Assembly (NCBI RefSeq): GCF_001194135.2
Contig: NC_068983.1
Span: 155,140,465-155,204,464 of the forward strand
DNA: 64,000 nt
Direction: 5' to 3'
Origin: Octopus bimaculoides
Lineage: Eukaryota
Below are positions 25,420 to 38,815 of the stretch, one piece after another (position 1 is the stretch's first letter; every line of letters starts with the position of its first letter). Position numbers and translations under genes: made by a program. The notes beneath the pieces were generated by a model. It saw nothing but the letters and a program-made list of their open reading frames with translations. It had not been told where the DNA came from and searched no databases.

Positions 25420-28069
25420 CCCTGGGGGTGGTTTATCTTTGATATACTTTTGATGGCCAGGTTTATCATTGGGTTTGCACAGGTGTGTCTCTGTATGTGT
25501 GTGGGTGTGCATGTGTGTGTGTGTGTGTGTGTGTGTATGGGTGTATGTGAAACCAGGTTTTGTGTTTTGATATGATATAATTCTGAGGAGCAGGATGATA
25601 GAGGAAGAAATCTATTAAGATTAGAGATATGGTGTATGTGTATACACATCTGTTCATTTGTGAGTGTACTTTGTGTGTATCTGTGTGTGTAATGTGTGTG
25701 AAAGCAAGAGAATTTATCTTTGCTACATGGGCTACATGTGAAGGAATTTTCTTCACACTAAGCATACATAGTTTGTGTGTGTGTAGCTCTAGTGTATCTG
25801 TGAATCAAGATTGATATATTAAATAGGATATGTGTTTGAACAGATCTTCATACTAAACACAGATAGTTATATGCAATGTGTCTGTGTGCATACAGAGATT
25901 TGTGTCTGTGTGCGTAGTTTTGTGTGTTTAAATTCAAAACCTTCAGCTAAAGTTCAAATCTTACTTTGCTGTCTTCCACTTTGATGAAACAAGTAATAGT
26001 ATCTTTCTTTTGGGAGAAGCGGTGGTGGCAGTGGGGTTATTTAATCAATTATAATGCTTCCCACCTGTCTGTTTATCTCTGCTCATTTAAATCCGTTTTA
26101 TCATGCTACTTTATATGTGTGAAATAGATGTTGTTCTGCTGAGGCAACTGTTTGAATATCTGAACACTCTTTCCATTGCTCAGCATTTAACTGAGACCTA
26201 TATGCGATCACTTCAGTAGATAGAAAAAGTAGGCAGATTTCTATTAATCACTTCCTATAGTATTATGACAGTGAGAAAGCCATATCATATAGTGTAGTCC
26301 TATATACACTATGTCACTAAAAAGGAAGGGCCAGAAAGCCTTTGTACTTGTGCATGTTTGATCAGGCGGATAATATGCTATAACAGCTGTAAAGCTAGAG
26401 TTAGGCCTGAATTATTTGTCAATCAGGCAAATTATATGATATATTATGCAGTTGTGTCTTTGTCTCATCTACAGATTTATATTAATAACTGTTATAAAAT
26501 CTGATGTTATGACAATGCAGTTAGTCTGTACAGCACTTTGTTTGTCAGTCTCTCTTTCTATGTATCTGTTTGTCTGTCTATCTACCTGTCTCCTCTTCAT
26601 GTCCATTGACCAGCTTGGCTCTAGAGCTCATCCCCAGTTACCTTTTCTTGATAGAATATCATCCAACTTCTAAAAGATTTGGTTACGCAGCTCTTTTCAG
26701 AATAAACCCTTTATGACATAACATGTGAATGTTGCAAGACCTTTCAGAAAATCATAATAGATGAACATAACTACAGGCGTACTTGATACAGCACTTTAAT
26801 AAGTGAATATAACAAAGTACCAGTTGAGCACTGGGGTTAATGCAGTTGACTTTACTACTCTCAGGTATGACTATAAAATTCTGCAACCCTCTGCCAAGCC
26901 AGGTCAAGCCAGTGTGAAGAGTAGGTTCATCAAACCAGTATAATCTTATGGTCTCCATACCAGACTGTGTCAGGTGGAGGGAACATGCTGAGTCCTTCAT
27001 CCTACAGTGGACTGAACATAGGCAATCCAATCCAGTCCTGTAACAATCCTCTAGAACCTAACATCAGATGAATATAACAGCCTTTTATGACAAATATACC
27101 AATTTAGAACATGAAAACAGGTAAACATGGACACACCTGTTTAGAACGTAATACCACTGTTCAGAGCATAACCACAGGTAAACATAACACCATCTTTTAG
27201 ACATAATTAGCAAGTAATATTGTCAGAACTATTTAGAGCAACATAACAGGTGCACAAGATACAAATTAGAGGAACATAATAGATTAATCGGTATGGTTAC
27301 AAAACTGACCTGCTTTAATTAGCAGCCAAATTCCCATCAAATCATTCCTTATTTTAAACACATTAGGTAATGTGTATATTTAGAATAATGATCTCATGGA
27401 TATATTATTTATATCTTTAACAAAGATTGGATAATTGCAGCTTGAAGGCCTTTAATCTGCAGTCTGCTTTGCCAGGACTGAGAGGAGGTTGATCAAATTA
27501 TAAAGAAGTGATAAAAAATAAACCCAAAATGTCTTTATGAATTTCTTAACTCATAATTATAAAGTTTCGCTGTAGTTCTGTAACAGTGTCTGCTTAAAGA
27601 ACCTTTTTCAATGAAAAATAATTACCAATGTCTCTTTGACACAGAATTGAATCATGCACCTCTTGTTTACCAAGCTTACGTGCTGATTATTGCATGCGAC
27701 ATAGGGATGTTGCATAATGTAAATGCACATGTGAGTGTTATTTGGCTTTATCCAAGATATGATTCCAGTGCCTCTCTGCATGTAGATGTAAAAGAAGTAT
27801 GAGATGTGATGAGGTTCAAACTTTTCTTTGGGTGTTGGGGGTTAGCAGTAACCAAAATGTTAAGCTAACACCACCGTCGCTGCCACCACCATTCAAGAAT
27901 TGAAACTGATTACCATTTGATCGGACTTCCTTGAAAACTGAACGGGTTGTTTGTATCAATCAAAAAACCATTTAATTTCTTTTAGTTCTTTGTTTCATTA
28001 TTCTTTGCAAAATTGTCCTTCCTGATCCCACCCGCTGTTTTTACACATCCTTTAGCTTCAAATACTTTT

Positions 28070-28310
28070 ACACAACACACACACACACACACACACACAC
28101 AACACACGCACAACACACACACACACACAACACACACACACTACACACACACACACATGCACACACACACATGCACACACGCAACACACACAACACACAC
28201 ACAACACACACACACATACAACACACACACAACACACCCACCCATACTCACACAACACACACACACACACACACACACACAACACACACACACACACACA
28301 CAACACACAC
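28070..28310. repeat. Compound (CA)n/(ACA) microsatellite
   Basis: Directly visible. It produces the spurious TH/CV ORFs at 28013-28660. Confidence 0.95.
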
Positions 28311-28724
28311 CAATTCCAAATAGTTTGTTGATTGTTTCAGATCTCTTTGTTGCTGTTATCATTTTCAGATTAGCCCCTTCTAAACATGTAGGCATTCACA
28401 CAAACATATATACACACATATACACACCCCATAGCTTGTTGATGTTTGCATGTTTATTTGACATTTTTTCTTCCATTGTTCTTGCTGTTGGTGTTGTTGT
28501 GTTTGTTTGTCACATCCGGCTGGTCCATTCTATTACACATGCTCACCAACATGTTTTTGCATGTACACATACGCTCATACCCCCACCTCACCCCTACCAC
28601 CAATCCCAGTTTATTGTTGGCCCCTATTTAGGTAATTTCCTGCTGCTATTACTTGTGTGACATATGTGCACATGCATTCTTGCCCCTTTCTCTCTCTCTT
28701 TCTCGCTTTGTCTGCCCATCTGTC

Positions 28725-28757
<33 letters not shown>

Positions 28758-29127
28758 TCCGTCTCCCTCTCTCTCATTCACACACACCTTTCTGTATGTC
28801 TGTCTCTATATCAAATGCACCCCTCTCTCTCTCTCTCTCTCACCCTCTCTCTCTCTCTCTCTCACCCTCTCTCTCNNNNNNNNNNNNNNNNNNNNNNNNN
28901 NNNNNNNNNNNNNNNNNNNNNNNNNNNNNNNNNNNNNNNNNNNNNNNNNNNNNNNNNNNNNNNNNNNNNNNNNNNNNNNNNNNNNNNNNNNNNNNNNNNN
29001 NNNNNNNNNNNNNNNNNNNNNNNNNNNNNNNNNNNNNNNNNNNNNNNNNNNNNNNNNNNNNNNNNNNNNNNNNNNNNNNNNNNNNNNNNNNNNNNNNNNN
29101 TTCTTTTCACCCCCACCCCCAGTCTCT

Positions 29128-29163
<36 letters not shown>

Positions 29164-29213
29164 GCACAAACATCCTTCTTTTCACCCCCACCCCCAGTCT
29201 CTTAACACACACA

Positions 29214-29249
<36 letters not shown>

Positions 29250-29919
29250 TGCATGCATGTCATATGAATGAAAAATGCCCAAGGCAGTCAGATGGGGTGT
29301 TTTTCTGTGAGAAGGGTATTGTAGTGGTGGATGTGAAGTGTTTCCTCCTAACCCTTTAAAAAGTACTCCTGACCTTTTCTATTCGACCTGACTTTTGGCC
29401 TCTAGTCTTCCCTATTCATCTCCCCACACCCCCAACTCTGCATGCCACTTTCTTTCATTACAGACTCTATCAAATGTGAGAGAGAATGCGTTTGTGTGCT
29501 GTTCATAAGAAAGGCATGAACATAACAGCAAGCTTTATATCCTTGTCAGCTTCCACTGAAGGAAGAATTAGCAACAGACACAAAATGATTAATAATTTTA
29601 AATGAGGGCTATAATTATCATCAGGGTATAGCTAATGTCACTACTTCAGTATATACTGATCAGTATTTAGTCTTGCTGAGTAATATTTGCATTGCTGAAG
29701 AGGTGTGATAAGACTGAAACATGTATGTTACTTTCACCAGTCACCTTTAAAGAAGAGTCAATTGTTTATATTTTACTAAAGCTTCAATCAACGGATTTTA
29801 TCAAAATTACCTCCCTTGCTTGATTTTATATTTTAAGTATCCATAGTGGTTTCTACTTTTTGATTACTTGGATTAGCTCAATAGATCAAAGTTCTTCAAT
29901 CCCTTGTATGATAGCTGTG

Positions 29920-30298
29920 AAGAAGTACACTTCTTAAGCCTGTGGTCTCTGGTTCAGTTACACTGCATGGCACTTTAGGCGCCAGGCTGGTGAAAGCCTT
30001 GAGTAGATTTAAGTAGACAGAAATTGAAAGAAACCCATTGTAAATGTATACGTGTATTGGCTGTCTTGACATCTGCATGATAGTTGTAAGCAAGTGTCAC
30101 CATCATGCAAGTGGTACTTTTCATTTCCAATCTTCCATGAAAACCTGTGTGGTCCTGAGGAAATATTACCTTACTTGAAAATTAATTAGTGTTGGCATGA
30201 GGAAGGGCATCTGGTTCTAGAAAATCTGCTTCAACATATTCTGTCTGACCCATGCAAGTATCGAAAAGTGGAAGTTAAAACAATGGTGGTGATGATGA
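29920..30298 (+). mobile_element. Old tRNA-headed SINE ending in the RTE-type (GAT)n tail
   Basis: Degenerate T1-like head (ggttcagttacactgcatggcac), a different body, then ...gacccatgcaagtatcgaaaagtggaagttaaaacaatggtggtgatgatg. Confidence 0.55.
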
Positions 30299-30330
30299 TT
30301 AAACCTAAAAGTATAAAAGACTGGAGTCAG

Positions 30331-30615
30331 CTGAATGGTATTTCAACATGGATCACAAATCATTTATGCCTTTATGGAAACCTGCCGAAAGTTAGCAAGA
30401 AGATCAGGCAAAGACGGCTGCGACTATCTGGTCACTGTGTGCACCACCCTGAATTGGAAGCATCCGAACTAGTCTAGTGGAACCCACTTCATGGTGATAA
30501 TGTAAGAAGAGGAAAACATCATCACACTTATATCGACAACTTGATTTCAGACACTGCCCTGGGATGTATCCAGGACCTTGAGGCAGTGATGTTGGACCAA
30601 AAAGTGTGGTGGGTG
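30331..30615 (+). pseudogene. RTE-type LINE ORF2 C-terminal fragment
   Basis: In one frame LNGISTWITNHLCLYGNLPKVSKKIRQRRLRLSGHCVHHPELEASELV*WNPLHG..RRGKHHHTYIDNLISDT...DQKVW, the typical post-RT RRLRxxGH...WxPxHG..RG...YID motif string. Confidence 0.85.
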
Positions 30616-31636
30616 GGCTTTGTTGCTGCAGCTGGGTTGGAACCCAGCCATAACAAAATAATAAATTTATGACTATTACTTCTGCTTTGTTCATTGCCCC
30701 TGAATAATGAAATGTTGATGAGCATTACATCTTGAATAAGTTGTCATACCGCATATCCCGCCTCCCCCACACACCCACATGCCTTGTCCATTTCTTTGAA
30801 ATTTAACTTGTTTTAATTTACTCCGCATATGTAATATATAATGTGTGTGTGAGTGGGTTGGAGGTGTTCACACAAACATTCACATTCGCACACACATATA
30901 GGCATGTATGTGTGTGTGTGTGCGCATGCGCACATACATCTACATTCACACATGCGAACATGTGTATGTACATGTGTGTGTGTGTGTGTATGTCTATATA
31001 CTTTTGTGTGTGTGTAAGTATATATACTCGTGTGTGTGTGTGTATATGTATATATACTTGTGTGTGTGTGCGTGTATGTATATATACTTGTGTATGTGTG
31101 TGCATTAGTGTATCTACATGTCATGGACACACACACATTCCACATGCATACATATCAATACTAGATGTAAAAAGGAAGAAATACATTTGCATTGAAATCC
31201 ATTGAACATGCCACAGTTGTCTGGCGAAAAGACCTTCAAAAGCCAATTACATGATTAATTAATTAATTAGTTAGTTAATTACAAAAAGTAAATAACAACC
31301 TACGCATGTGTTTTAATTGGCAGAATGACCCTTCTAAATACAATACACACAAAAAAAAGCAAGGTTGTCCCGTGGAACCATGGGTAATCTTAAGTGGGTT
31401 AAGATCATGAATCTGCTTGATGAGGGCTCATTAATGTGGACCAAACTACAACGGTGTTAATGTAGAGTGGAGACTGCACTCAAGGTTTCACTTTGTGCTG
31501 CTGAGTTTAAAGTTAAGTTTGCTTGGTGGAGTATTCTTCCAAGCTGTTGACTGCAATTACAGAAGCTGCTTGAGTAAATGAATAAGATATTGGACTCCCT
31601 GCTTATAAATGCTAAACTCAAGTCCACTGAATTTGT

Positions 31637-31868
31637 TTAACCCTTTTATTACTGTATTTATTTTGAGATGCCCTGTGCTTCTTTGAATTAATTTTGAATA
31701 TAACAAAGAATTTAGTAAAATAACTTAGTTATCATTAAGCTGGTGTTAGGAACATAAATTGTGACTAAGGTTTGGTGGAAGATTTTAATGCAGAACCTTT
31801 GAAAAGAAGAAACATTTGTACTACAGAACCGCAGGCGGTTTCAGCTGGGTTTGTATTGAAGGGGTTAA
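31637..31868. mobile_element. piggyBac-like MITE family A
   Basis: TTAA|cccttt...aagggg|TTAA; colinear with 850-1076. Confidence 0.8.
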
Positions 31869-32067
31869 ATATCTTTTGTTGTTGTTAGGTAATGGTGATA
31901 CAGTGACACTACATGTTAAAGAGACAGTTTTGTTGTTGGTTTTTAAGAGATATTACAACTGTAACTAAAGGGACTTGTCAGTCTGCCTCATGGTCCTGGT
32001 AGACAAAATAGAAAAGGCGTTGCCCCAGATGATGGCAAAGGAGATGCGCTGAAACAGCCATATCTAA

Positions 32068-32454
32068 GTTAAGTTGGCACTCCATCGCTTACGACGTCGA
32101 GGGTTCCAGTTGATCCGATCAACGGAACAGCCTGCTCGTGAAATTAACGTGCAAGTGGCTGAGCACTCCACAGACACGTGTACCCTTAACGTAGTTCTCG
32201 GGGATATTCAGCGTGACACAGTGTGACAAGGCTGACCCTTTGAATTACGGGCACAACAGAAACAGGAAGTAAGAGTGAGAGAAAGTTGTGGTGAAAGAGT
32301 ACAGCAGGGTTCGCCACAATCCCCTGTCGGAGCCTCGTGGAGCTTTAGGTGTTTTCACTCAATAAACACTCACAACGCCCGGTCTGGGAATCGAAACTGC
32401 GATCTTATGACCGCGAGTCCTTTGCCCTAACCACTGGGCCATTGCGCCTCCACT
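32068..32454 (-). mobile_element. tRNA-derived SINE family T3, full length
   Basis: Head ggaggcgcaatggcccagtggttaggg...gtttcgattccc, (AAC) tail, 13-bp TSD cagccat(a/c)tctaa at 32055-32067 and 32455-32467. CpG-rich and probably young; may be one of the described Octopus tRNA-SINEs (not verified). Confidence 0.9.
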
Positions 32455-32766
32455 CAGCCATCTCTAACCCAATAGCTATGAGCAGAGATGAAGTCCAGGG
32501 CCAAGAAATCAGTTTGTGGTGGTAAAAAGTTGGGCTCTTTGATAGTCTGAGATTCATTATTGTCTGAAAAATAGAAAGGACGATATAGTTACACTTGTTT
32601 GGTCAGTTCTCCTGATGTTGCAATGGTGTTCATGTATGCGCGCATTCTTGCAGACACACACACACTGTAAATTAGAGAAGGATTAGATCATGACTCACTC
32701 CTCATACGCTAATGGTGTAAACAAAATTTTCAGTATGCTTTTATTACTCTGTGTAATAAGGGAGTA

Positions 32767-32801
<35 letters not shown>

Positions 32802-33759
32802 AGACTTGTACAAAATTGCTGTAAAATTCAGAAAAATAAGAAAAGTTTTTATCAAGTGTAAATACACACACACACACATTCTCTCTCTTCCCCTCTCTCT
32901 TTGTGTGTTCTGTTTTTCTTATTCTCTCTGTCTCCCTCTCATCCTCACATGAACATGCACATATGCTCACACACACACACACACACACAAGCAAGCATAT
33001 TCTTTGTATGCTCTCATACACAATCTGAATGCGGGTTCTGTGTCCTCTCTGCTGTAGAGTATTGATAAGATGCACAACCGTTGAACATACGCACAGGTAC
33101 ACACACACACATCTACACAGGCTACCATGTGTATAAAGCAATATCAGTAATCATTCATACATACATACATATAATGCCTTTATTTAACACTGACTTGCCA
33201 CTGTCTTATCACACATAAACAAGAATACAGTTTCTAAATCAATTAAAACTGTTATTGATTCAACAAAAATTAGTGTTGGAGAATGCTTTCAGTAATGGTA
33301 GTGTCTCCTCTATTTCTACTGTTTTTGTGGCTATAACGAAAAAACAAAATTGAACATACTGAAGAGTAACCCCTTAAGTCTTCATTGACTTCAAGTTCTG
33401 CTTGGCAAGGAGTGTGCTGACCCCTAGCACATTTGTTGAAAGGTGAGTGAGAGTAGCAAAACAGTCTACAAGAACGGGTCTACTTTTAGTATCATCCTGA
33501 CAACCTGAGAATACAGCCATGATACATCACATCTCATCAGGGTAATTCTAGATTTTTGAGATTCCTCTCCTTTGAACTGTGTATTGGACAACAGGACGCT
33601 TTCATGTCCACACTATCACAGTAAAAGTAATGGCATCGCTGACAGGCTTGTTTTATTTTCATAGTCAATTCTGCATAAATCGTCACTATTTTATTTTTAT
33701 TTGTCTTTGTACTCTCCCTTCATCTATTGCCCTTGAGACTAATAGAAGAAATAATAATA

Positions 33760-33808
33760 ATGATAATATTTATTATCATTTTTATTATTATTATTATTAT
33801 TATCATCA

Positions 33809-33848
<40 letters not shown>
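33760..33848. repeat. (ATT)n/(ATC)n microsatellite
   Basis: Directly visible; source of the poly-I and poly-Y ORFs. Confidence 0.95.
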
Positions 33849-33914
33849 GTTTTTTTTCTTCTTCTTTCTTCAAATTTTTTCCCATTTCTCGCCGAGTGTT
33901 TTCCGTACACCTAG

Positions 33915-33963
33915 GGCAGAGAAACGTTGTATGCATTCCCAATTTACACACGCAAATTCATAG
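33915..33963 (+). CDS. Candidate upstream semaphorin exon (49 nt)
   Basis: Pyrimidine-rich acceptor ...ttttccgtacacctAG and donor G|gtaaaa. Reads GRETLYAFPIYTRKFI+G and ends in phase 1, giving GGA(Gly) with exon 48892. Weak homology only. Confidence 0.35.
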
Positions 33964-34086
33964 GTAAAACATGTATTTAAAAAAAAAAAATTTTTTAAAT
34001 AAAAAAATTTTTTTAAATAAAAAAATTATTATTATCATCATTATTATTATTATTATTGTTATTATTATTATTATTANNNNNNNNNN

Positions 34087-34625
34087 ACACTGGAGATATA
34101 CTATGGTGCCAGCTGTTCACTACCAGTGAACTAAGCGAACTTCCCTTAGTTTTCGAGCACCATCTGGAGTATTTGAGTGGTTCCAAGCAGTGCTGTTTTC
34201 TGCAAGTGCTCCACCCTTATTGCAGCCTCTTTTTATTCCATATACTTCTCAAGATTTTTTACTCACTGTTCCCAGGGCTCCAACAGTTATTGGCACTACT
34301 ACCACCTTTTTCATTGGCCACCTCCCAAGCTAACCTGTCATATCAACTTTTCTTTCTTCCCCATCGCATACCTTGTTGTCAGCTGGGCATGCTATATCTA
34401 TGATCCAACATCATTTGCTTTCTTTCTCAATTAACACTATGTCTGGTTTACTATTTTCTATCTCATGGTTGCACTGGATCATAAAATCCCATAGGATCAA
34501 TATCATTTTCGATGATGCCTTCAGGTTTATGTTAGTACCAACTTTTTACTCTGTCAAAATGTCCAATGGATAATCCTTGCTCTGTTGTCATGACATCTCT
34601 TATATTTCTTTCTGGGTTAGTGGCA
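34087..34625 (-). pseudogene. Dong/R4-clade (restriction-like endonuclease) non-LTR retrotransposon 3' fragment
   Basis: Across frameshifts: YKRCHDNRARIIHW ... ILWDFMIQCNHEIENSKPDIVLIEKESK*CWIIDIACP ... VVVVPITVGALGTV ... HLQKTALLGTTQILQMVLEN* (stop 34146-34148). (TAA)n on both sides. Confidence 0.88.
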
Positions 34626-35829
34626 TAATTGTGGTAATTATTATTATTATTATTATTATTATTGTTGTTGTCTTGCTAATTACTTGATGACCACACTAGT
34701 GCTGGTGCTATGGAAAAAATACTCAGTACACTCTGTATAGCAGTTGGTTGTTGAGACCATGCAAAAGTAGACATTGGAGCTTCATGCATTCTTCTTGCTC
34801 ATCAGATCCTATCAAACCATGCAACTTATGCCAGCATAGAAAGCAGCCATTGGATTATTGCTATTATTATTATTACTATTATTATCATTTTGATGATAAT
34901 GATGATGTCGATATCGGTCTTCTATTGTGAATTATAGAATAGTGATTTCCTGAGTGAAACCTTTTGCATTAGACTTTGGTGAAAAATGGCTTTTACTATT
35001 ATAGCATATTGAAACATTCATTGCTGTAATTTCTCAATTCCTGCATGTATTTATGTGTAAGTGTATGTGTATTAATGTCTAACATTAGTATAAAGTCACA
35101 AATTTGAAGGGAGTGTAGTCAATTATAATCAGCCAGTACTTGACTAGCATTTTATTTTATCGAACCCAAGATGAAAAGCGAAGTTGATTTTGTCAGAATT
35201 CAAAATCAAAATGTAATGGGTTTATAACTAAATACCACAGGTCATATTGTCCAATGCTCCAATAATACTAACTATCCACCACCTTAAATGTGTGTGTGTG
35301 TTAGAGATGAATGCAAAATTTCATGTGAAATGTCAAAAAGTTTGGGTACATTTTATTTCTGTAATTCAGTCATTGATACAATTCCACTACATCACTGAGC
35401 TACAAGCTTTGATACTTCATAACAATTGATACTATTTAGAAATAAAAATGAAAATGAATATAATAGTTTGTGCGCTTTTGAATAACTAAACTGAGTATTT
35501 ATTTTCCTTTTTATCCTGTATAATGCAATACTTTTAATCTTCCTGGAAGTTTTGTTCTTCTAAAGCTTGATACAAAAGGTTTCATGTCAGTCTACTCTAT
35601 TACATACATGTGTTCTATCACATGCTTTTACTGTATAAGTGAATGCAGTTTTGTGTAGGCTGGGTATATACTGTGTTTTGTTGAGTATTTTTGTTTTTCT
35701 CTTGTATAGAAAGTACTCTATGCAATGTGTACAGTGCTTTGTAATGCTATTTTCTGTATGTTATGCATGCAAGTCATAAGGTTTTACATATGTATTTATT
35801 TGTCTGCATATTCTTTGTTGTTGTTTTTT

Positions 35830-36170
35830 TATATCCACCTCAAGGTGCTTTTCTTGTGGAAGAGACACATTTTACTGGTTGGTGGACCATCTACTGCCAA
35901 ACCTTTCTCCACGAAGGACTTAGCATATCAAAGCATATGATACCTAGACATCCACTGAGGCTGTGGAACCTACAGAGATATCAGGATGGTGAACAGGTGT
36001 AGTTGTTGTTTTTGAGACATGTTTTCCCATAGCTTGTCTCATTGACAAAGCTGCAGTCTTCAGAGAAGCAAAGACCTGTGACTCCTAGAAGGTGCCTGTT
36101 GCTGAACCTGGCACACACAAAACTGTTAGTCAGTAATTCAGCCATTGAAATTTCCACTTTCTATAGAAGA
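35830..36170 (+). pseudogene. Decayed APE-type LINE endonuclease fragment
   Basis: KHMIPRHPLRLWN... and AAVFREAKTCDS*KVPVAE resemble the NTxFxHxxxRLWTW and GADCxSDHxLVVA motifs. Confidence 0.4.
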
Positions 36171-38622
36171 CTAATAGTAGGAAAGCATCAACAATGTTCT
36201 CAAAGTAACTCTAAGCATTAACAAGAATCAACTGGAAAGTCTGATTTCAAGAGGATTTTCAAACCAATGAACATCTTCAAGAAATTCCATGCACTAAGAT
36301 AAATACTGCATCCATGAAAATTTCGTCAGCTGGCCAGACCAAAAAGCAGGCACAGCAACAACGCCCTTCTACAGACACTCATTTGGTATCCATGCATTGA
36401 TTTATGGAGTTATGTAAGATAGGTTTTAAGTACTAGCTAAATCTATCATGAAAATCATCTTGGTCCTATCTATGGCTGAGAAGAGCATGTAGTTTTTCTA
36501 TAGCCAAAGACAACATTACTGAAAGGAGCCAAAACTGATACTTTCTTTATTTGGCTAAGCCTTCATTAATGCCTTTATTAATTTCTTGAAGTTCCATTCT
36601 GAGGTGAAGGTGAAGATGGAGTGGTGATCATTGCTTGTGTGAATGTAACTATTCTCAGCACACCTTTAAAAACCAGGAATTATAACTGAGGGGGATCTGA
36701 GTAATTCTTGATCTCTAGAATTCATTGGTTTGTAGAAGAAGTAGGCCTCCTCTTGGGATTTTCTTCATATTTGTGTGTACATTCCTTTTTTTTTCATTTC
36801 TTTTTTGTTCTTACATGCTGGTATGGCTGTATGAAGTTTGCTTCTCAATCTCATGGTTCTGGGTTCAGTCCCACTGTTTGGCATCTTGGGCAAGTGTCTT
36901 TTATTATAGCCGCAGGCTGACCAAAGCGGTGTCAGTGAATTTGGTAGACAGAATCTGAAGGAACCTTATCATGTGTGTCTCTGTTTGCTCTCCACCACTG
37001 CTTGACAACCAGTGTTGGTTTGTTTATGTCTCCATTATTTTGCAGTTCAGTAAAAGAAAGAGACTGACGGTTCCCCAACATAGCTGAAGTCCAAAAACTG
37101 AAACAAGTAAAAGATAACAGATTCTATTCAATTCCAATGAAAACCAATTGCATTTCCATTCATGTGTCTTTATAACATTCCCTCGTCTAGCATCTGTGTG
37201 ACTACAATAACGAAAAGGAATATCTTCACTGCTACTACTGCTATAACTAATATAGCATTTACTACTATTGCTACTAAAATATCTACCAACAACATCATCT
37301 CTGGTACCACCACTGCCACCACCACCACTTCCAAATTCCATCAGTGTCAACTAATTATCTTCATTCAACACATTTCATAAACATTCATGTTTACTATAAA
37401 ATGCGTATATACGCACACACATACACATATATTCATTCCATAACTACATATGCCCACACACATACATATCCACAACTACATATGCACCCACACATTCAAA
37501 CATACGTTCCTCTCTATCTCAAACACCCATACATATGCACACATACTCACACATAAATACAAATACCCAAGTACAACTACACACACACACACACACACAC
37601 ACACAACTGTTTACATACATATTACAAGCTTATCTCAACTTTGTGAGACTTATTTGTTACCAGTGTTTTCTGACATCTTATATTCTAATTTCTCAGTAAT
37701 ATATAATAAAGGAACTGTTGCCTTTTGTTTTCTACTTGGCACTGGGTGGGGGGATGAGGGAATGAACCACTTACCCCCGCCCCCTGGCTAACTGGGAGTG
37801 GGCTGTAGGTTACTTACATTTTTTTTTGTTTTTGCTGCTTTTTTTTTTTCAAATTTTGTTTTGAAAAAGTTATTTTTGCCATTTTTGTTGTTGTTTAAGC
37901 CTCATCCCCAAAGCCAAACCTTGCCCTAGCAGAATATTATTTGGCATAGGTGGCTGTGTTCCATTCATGACTTTTCTAAGCCATGGTTTATCTAAGACAG
38001 TGGTTTAGGCACCTTGGTTCATGTGCCTACTCTAACCACTAGGCACATGGCCTAGTGGTTAGAGCAGTGCACTCACAATCAAAGGATCATGGGTTCCATA
38101 TGGTCCCAGACGGTCCTGCTGGGGATGGGGAGCATGCAATAGAATAATAAATTGGGGATCACAATAATATTTTATGAGTCCCTGAAAAATGTTACTTTGG
38201 ATGTATTTATTGGTATAACATTTTACATAGTTCAACCTACACAAGTTAATGTGTGAATAACAAAATAGGGATTTTGAAAGAAATATCTCTAAAACTAGTT
38301 TTTAAACATCGAATGGCTATGCGAGGTTCACCAGAATAAGATAGTAATCAAAGAAGTCTATAAATAAAAAATGGTTGAGGACCCTGATCTAAGACTACAA
38401 TATATAATGTATCTTTCCATTGTCTTTAGTAGATGTTCTGGCTATTATTTCTAGCAATTGTTTTTATTTTTATTAGTAAAAGATACTGTAGTCTGCCAGA
38501 CTTGAAATGCCTATCAGTTCTGTGATTGTGTTAAAATTTTGCTAGTTAACTTTGCTTTTCCTTCCTTGGAGTAGTCAAAGCATTTGTGGTGTAAAACAAA
38601 TACCAAGCATATACACAGATCA

Positions 38623-38815
38623 TGGAGGCACATGGCCTAGTGGTTGGAGCAGTGGACTCACAGTCGAAGGATCGTGGGTTCGAATCTCAGACCGGATGAC
38701 GTGTGGGTTTATGAGCGAAATACCTAAGCTCCACGCGGCTCCAGCAGATGGTAATGGCGAACTTCTGCTGACTCTTTCACCACAACCTTCTCTCATTCTT
38801 TCTTCCTGCATCTAG
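38623..38815 (+). mobile_element. T3-related SINE, 3'-truncated
   Basis: tggaggcacatggcctagtggtt...gggttcgaatctc, colinear with the 5' half of the T3 copies. Confidence 0.75.

Noticed and set aside
29101-29248. 75-bp tandem duplication
   Set aside because: It directly abuts an assembly gap and is mostly (CA)n, so it cannot be distinguished from a misassembly.
32380-32454. tRNA genes at SINE heads (also 61672, 49538, 3316)
   Set aside because: A and B boxes are present, but the acceptor and anticodon stems are broken and each head continues into a SINE body.
33400-33452. Strong donor aag|gtgagt near 33445
   Set aside because: No open frame compatible with the downstream exons. It could be UTR but is unsupported.
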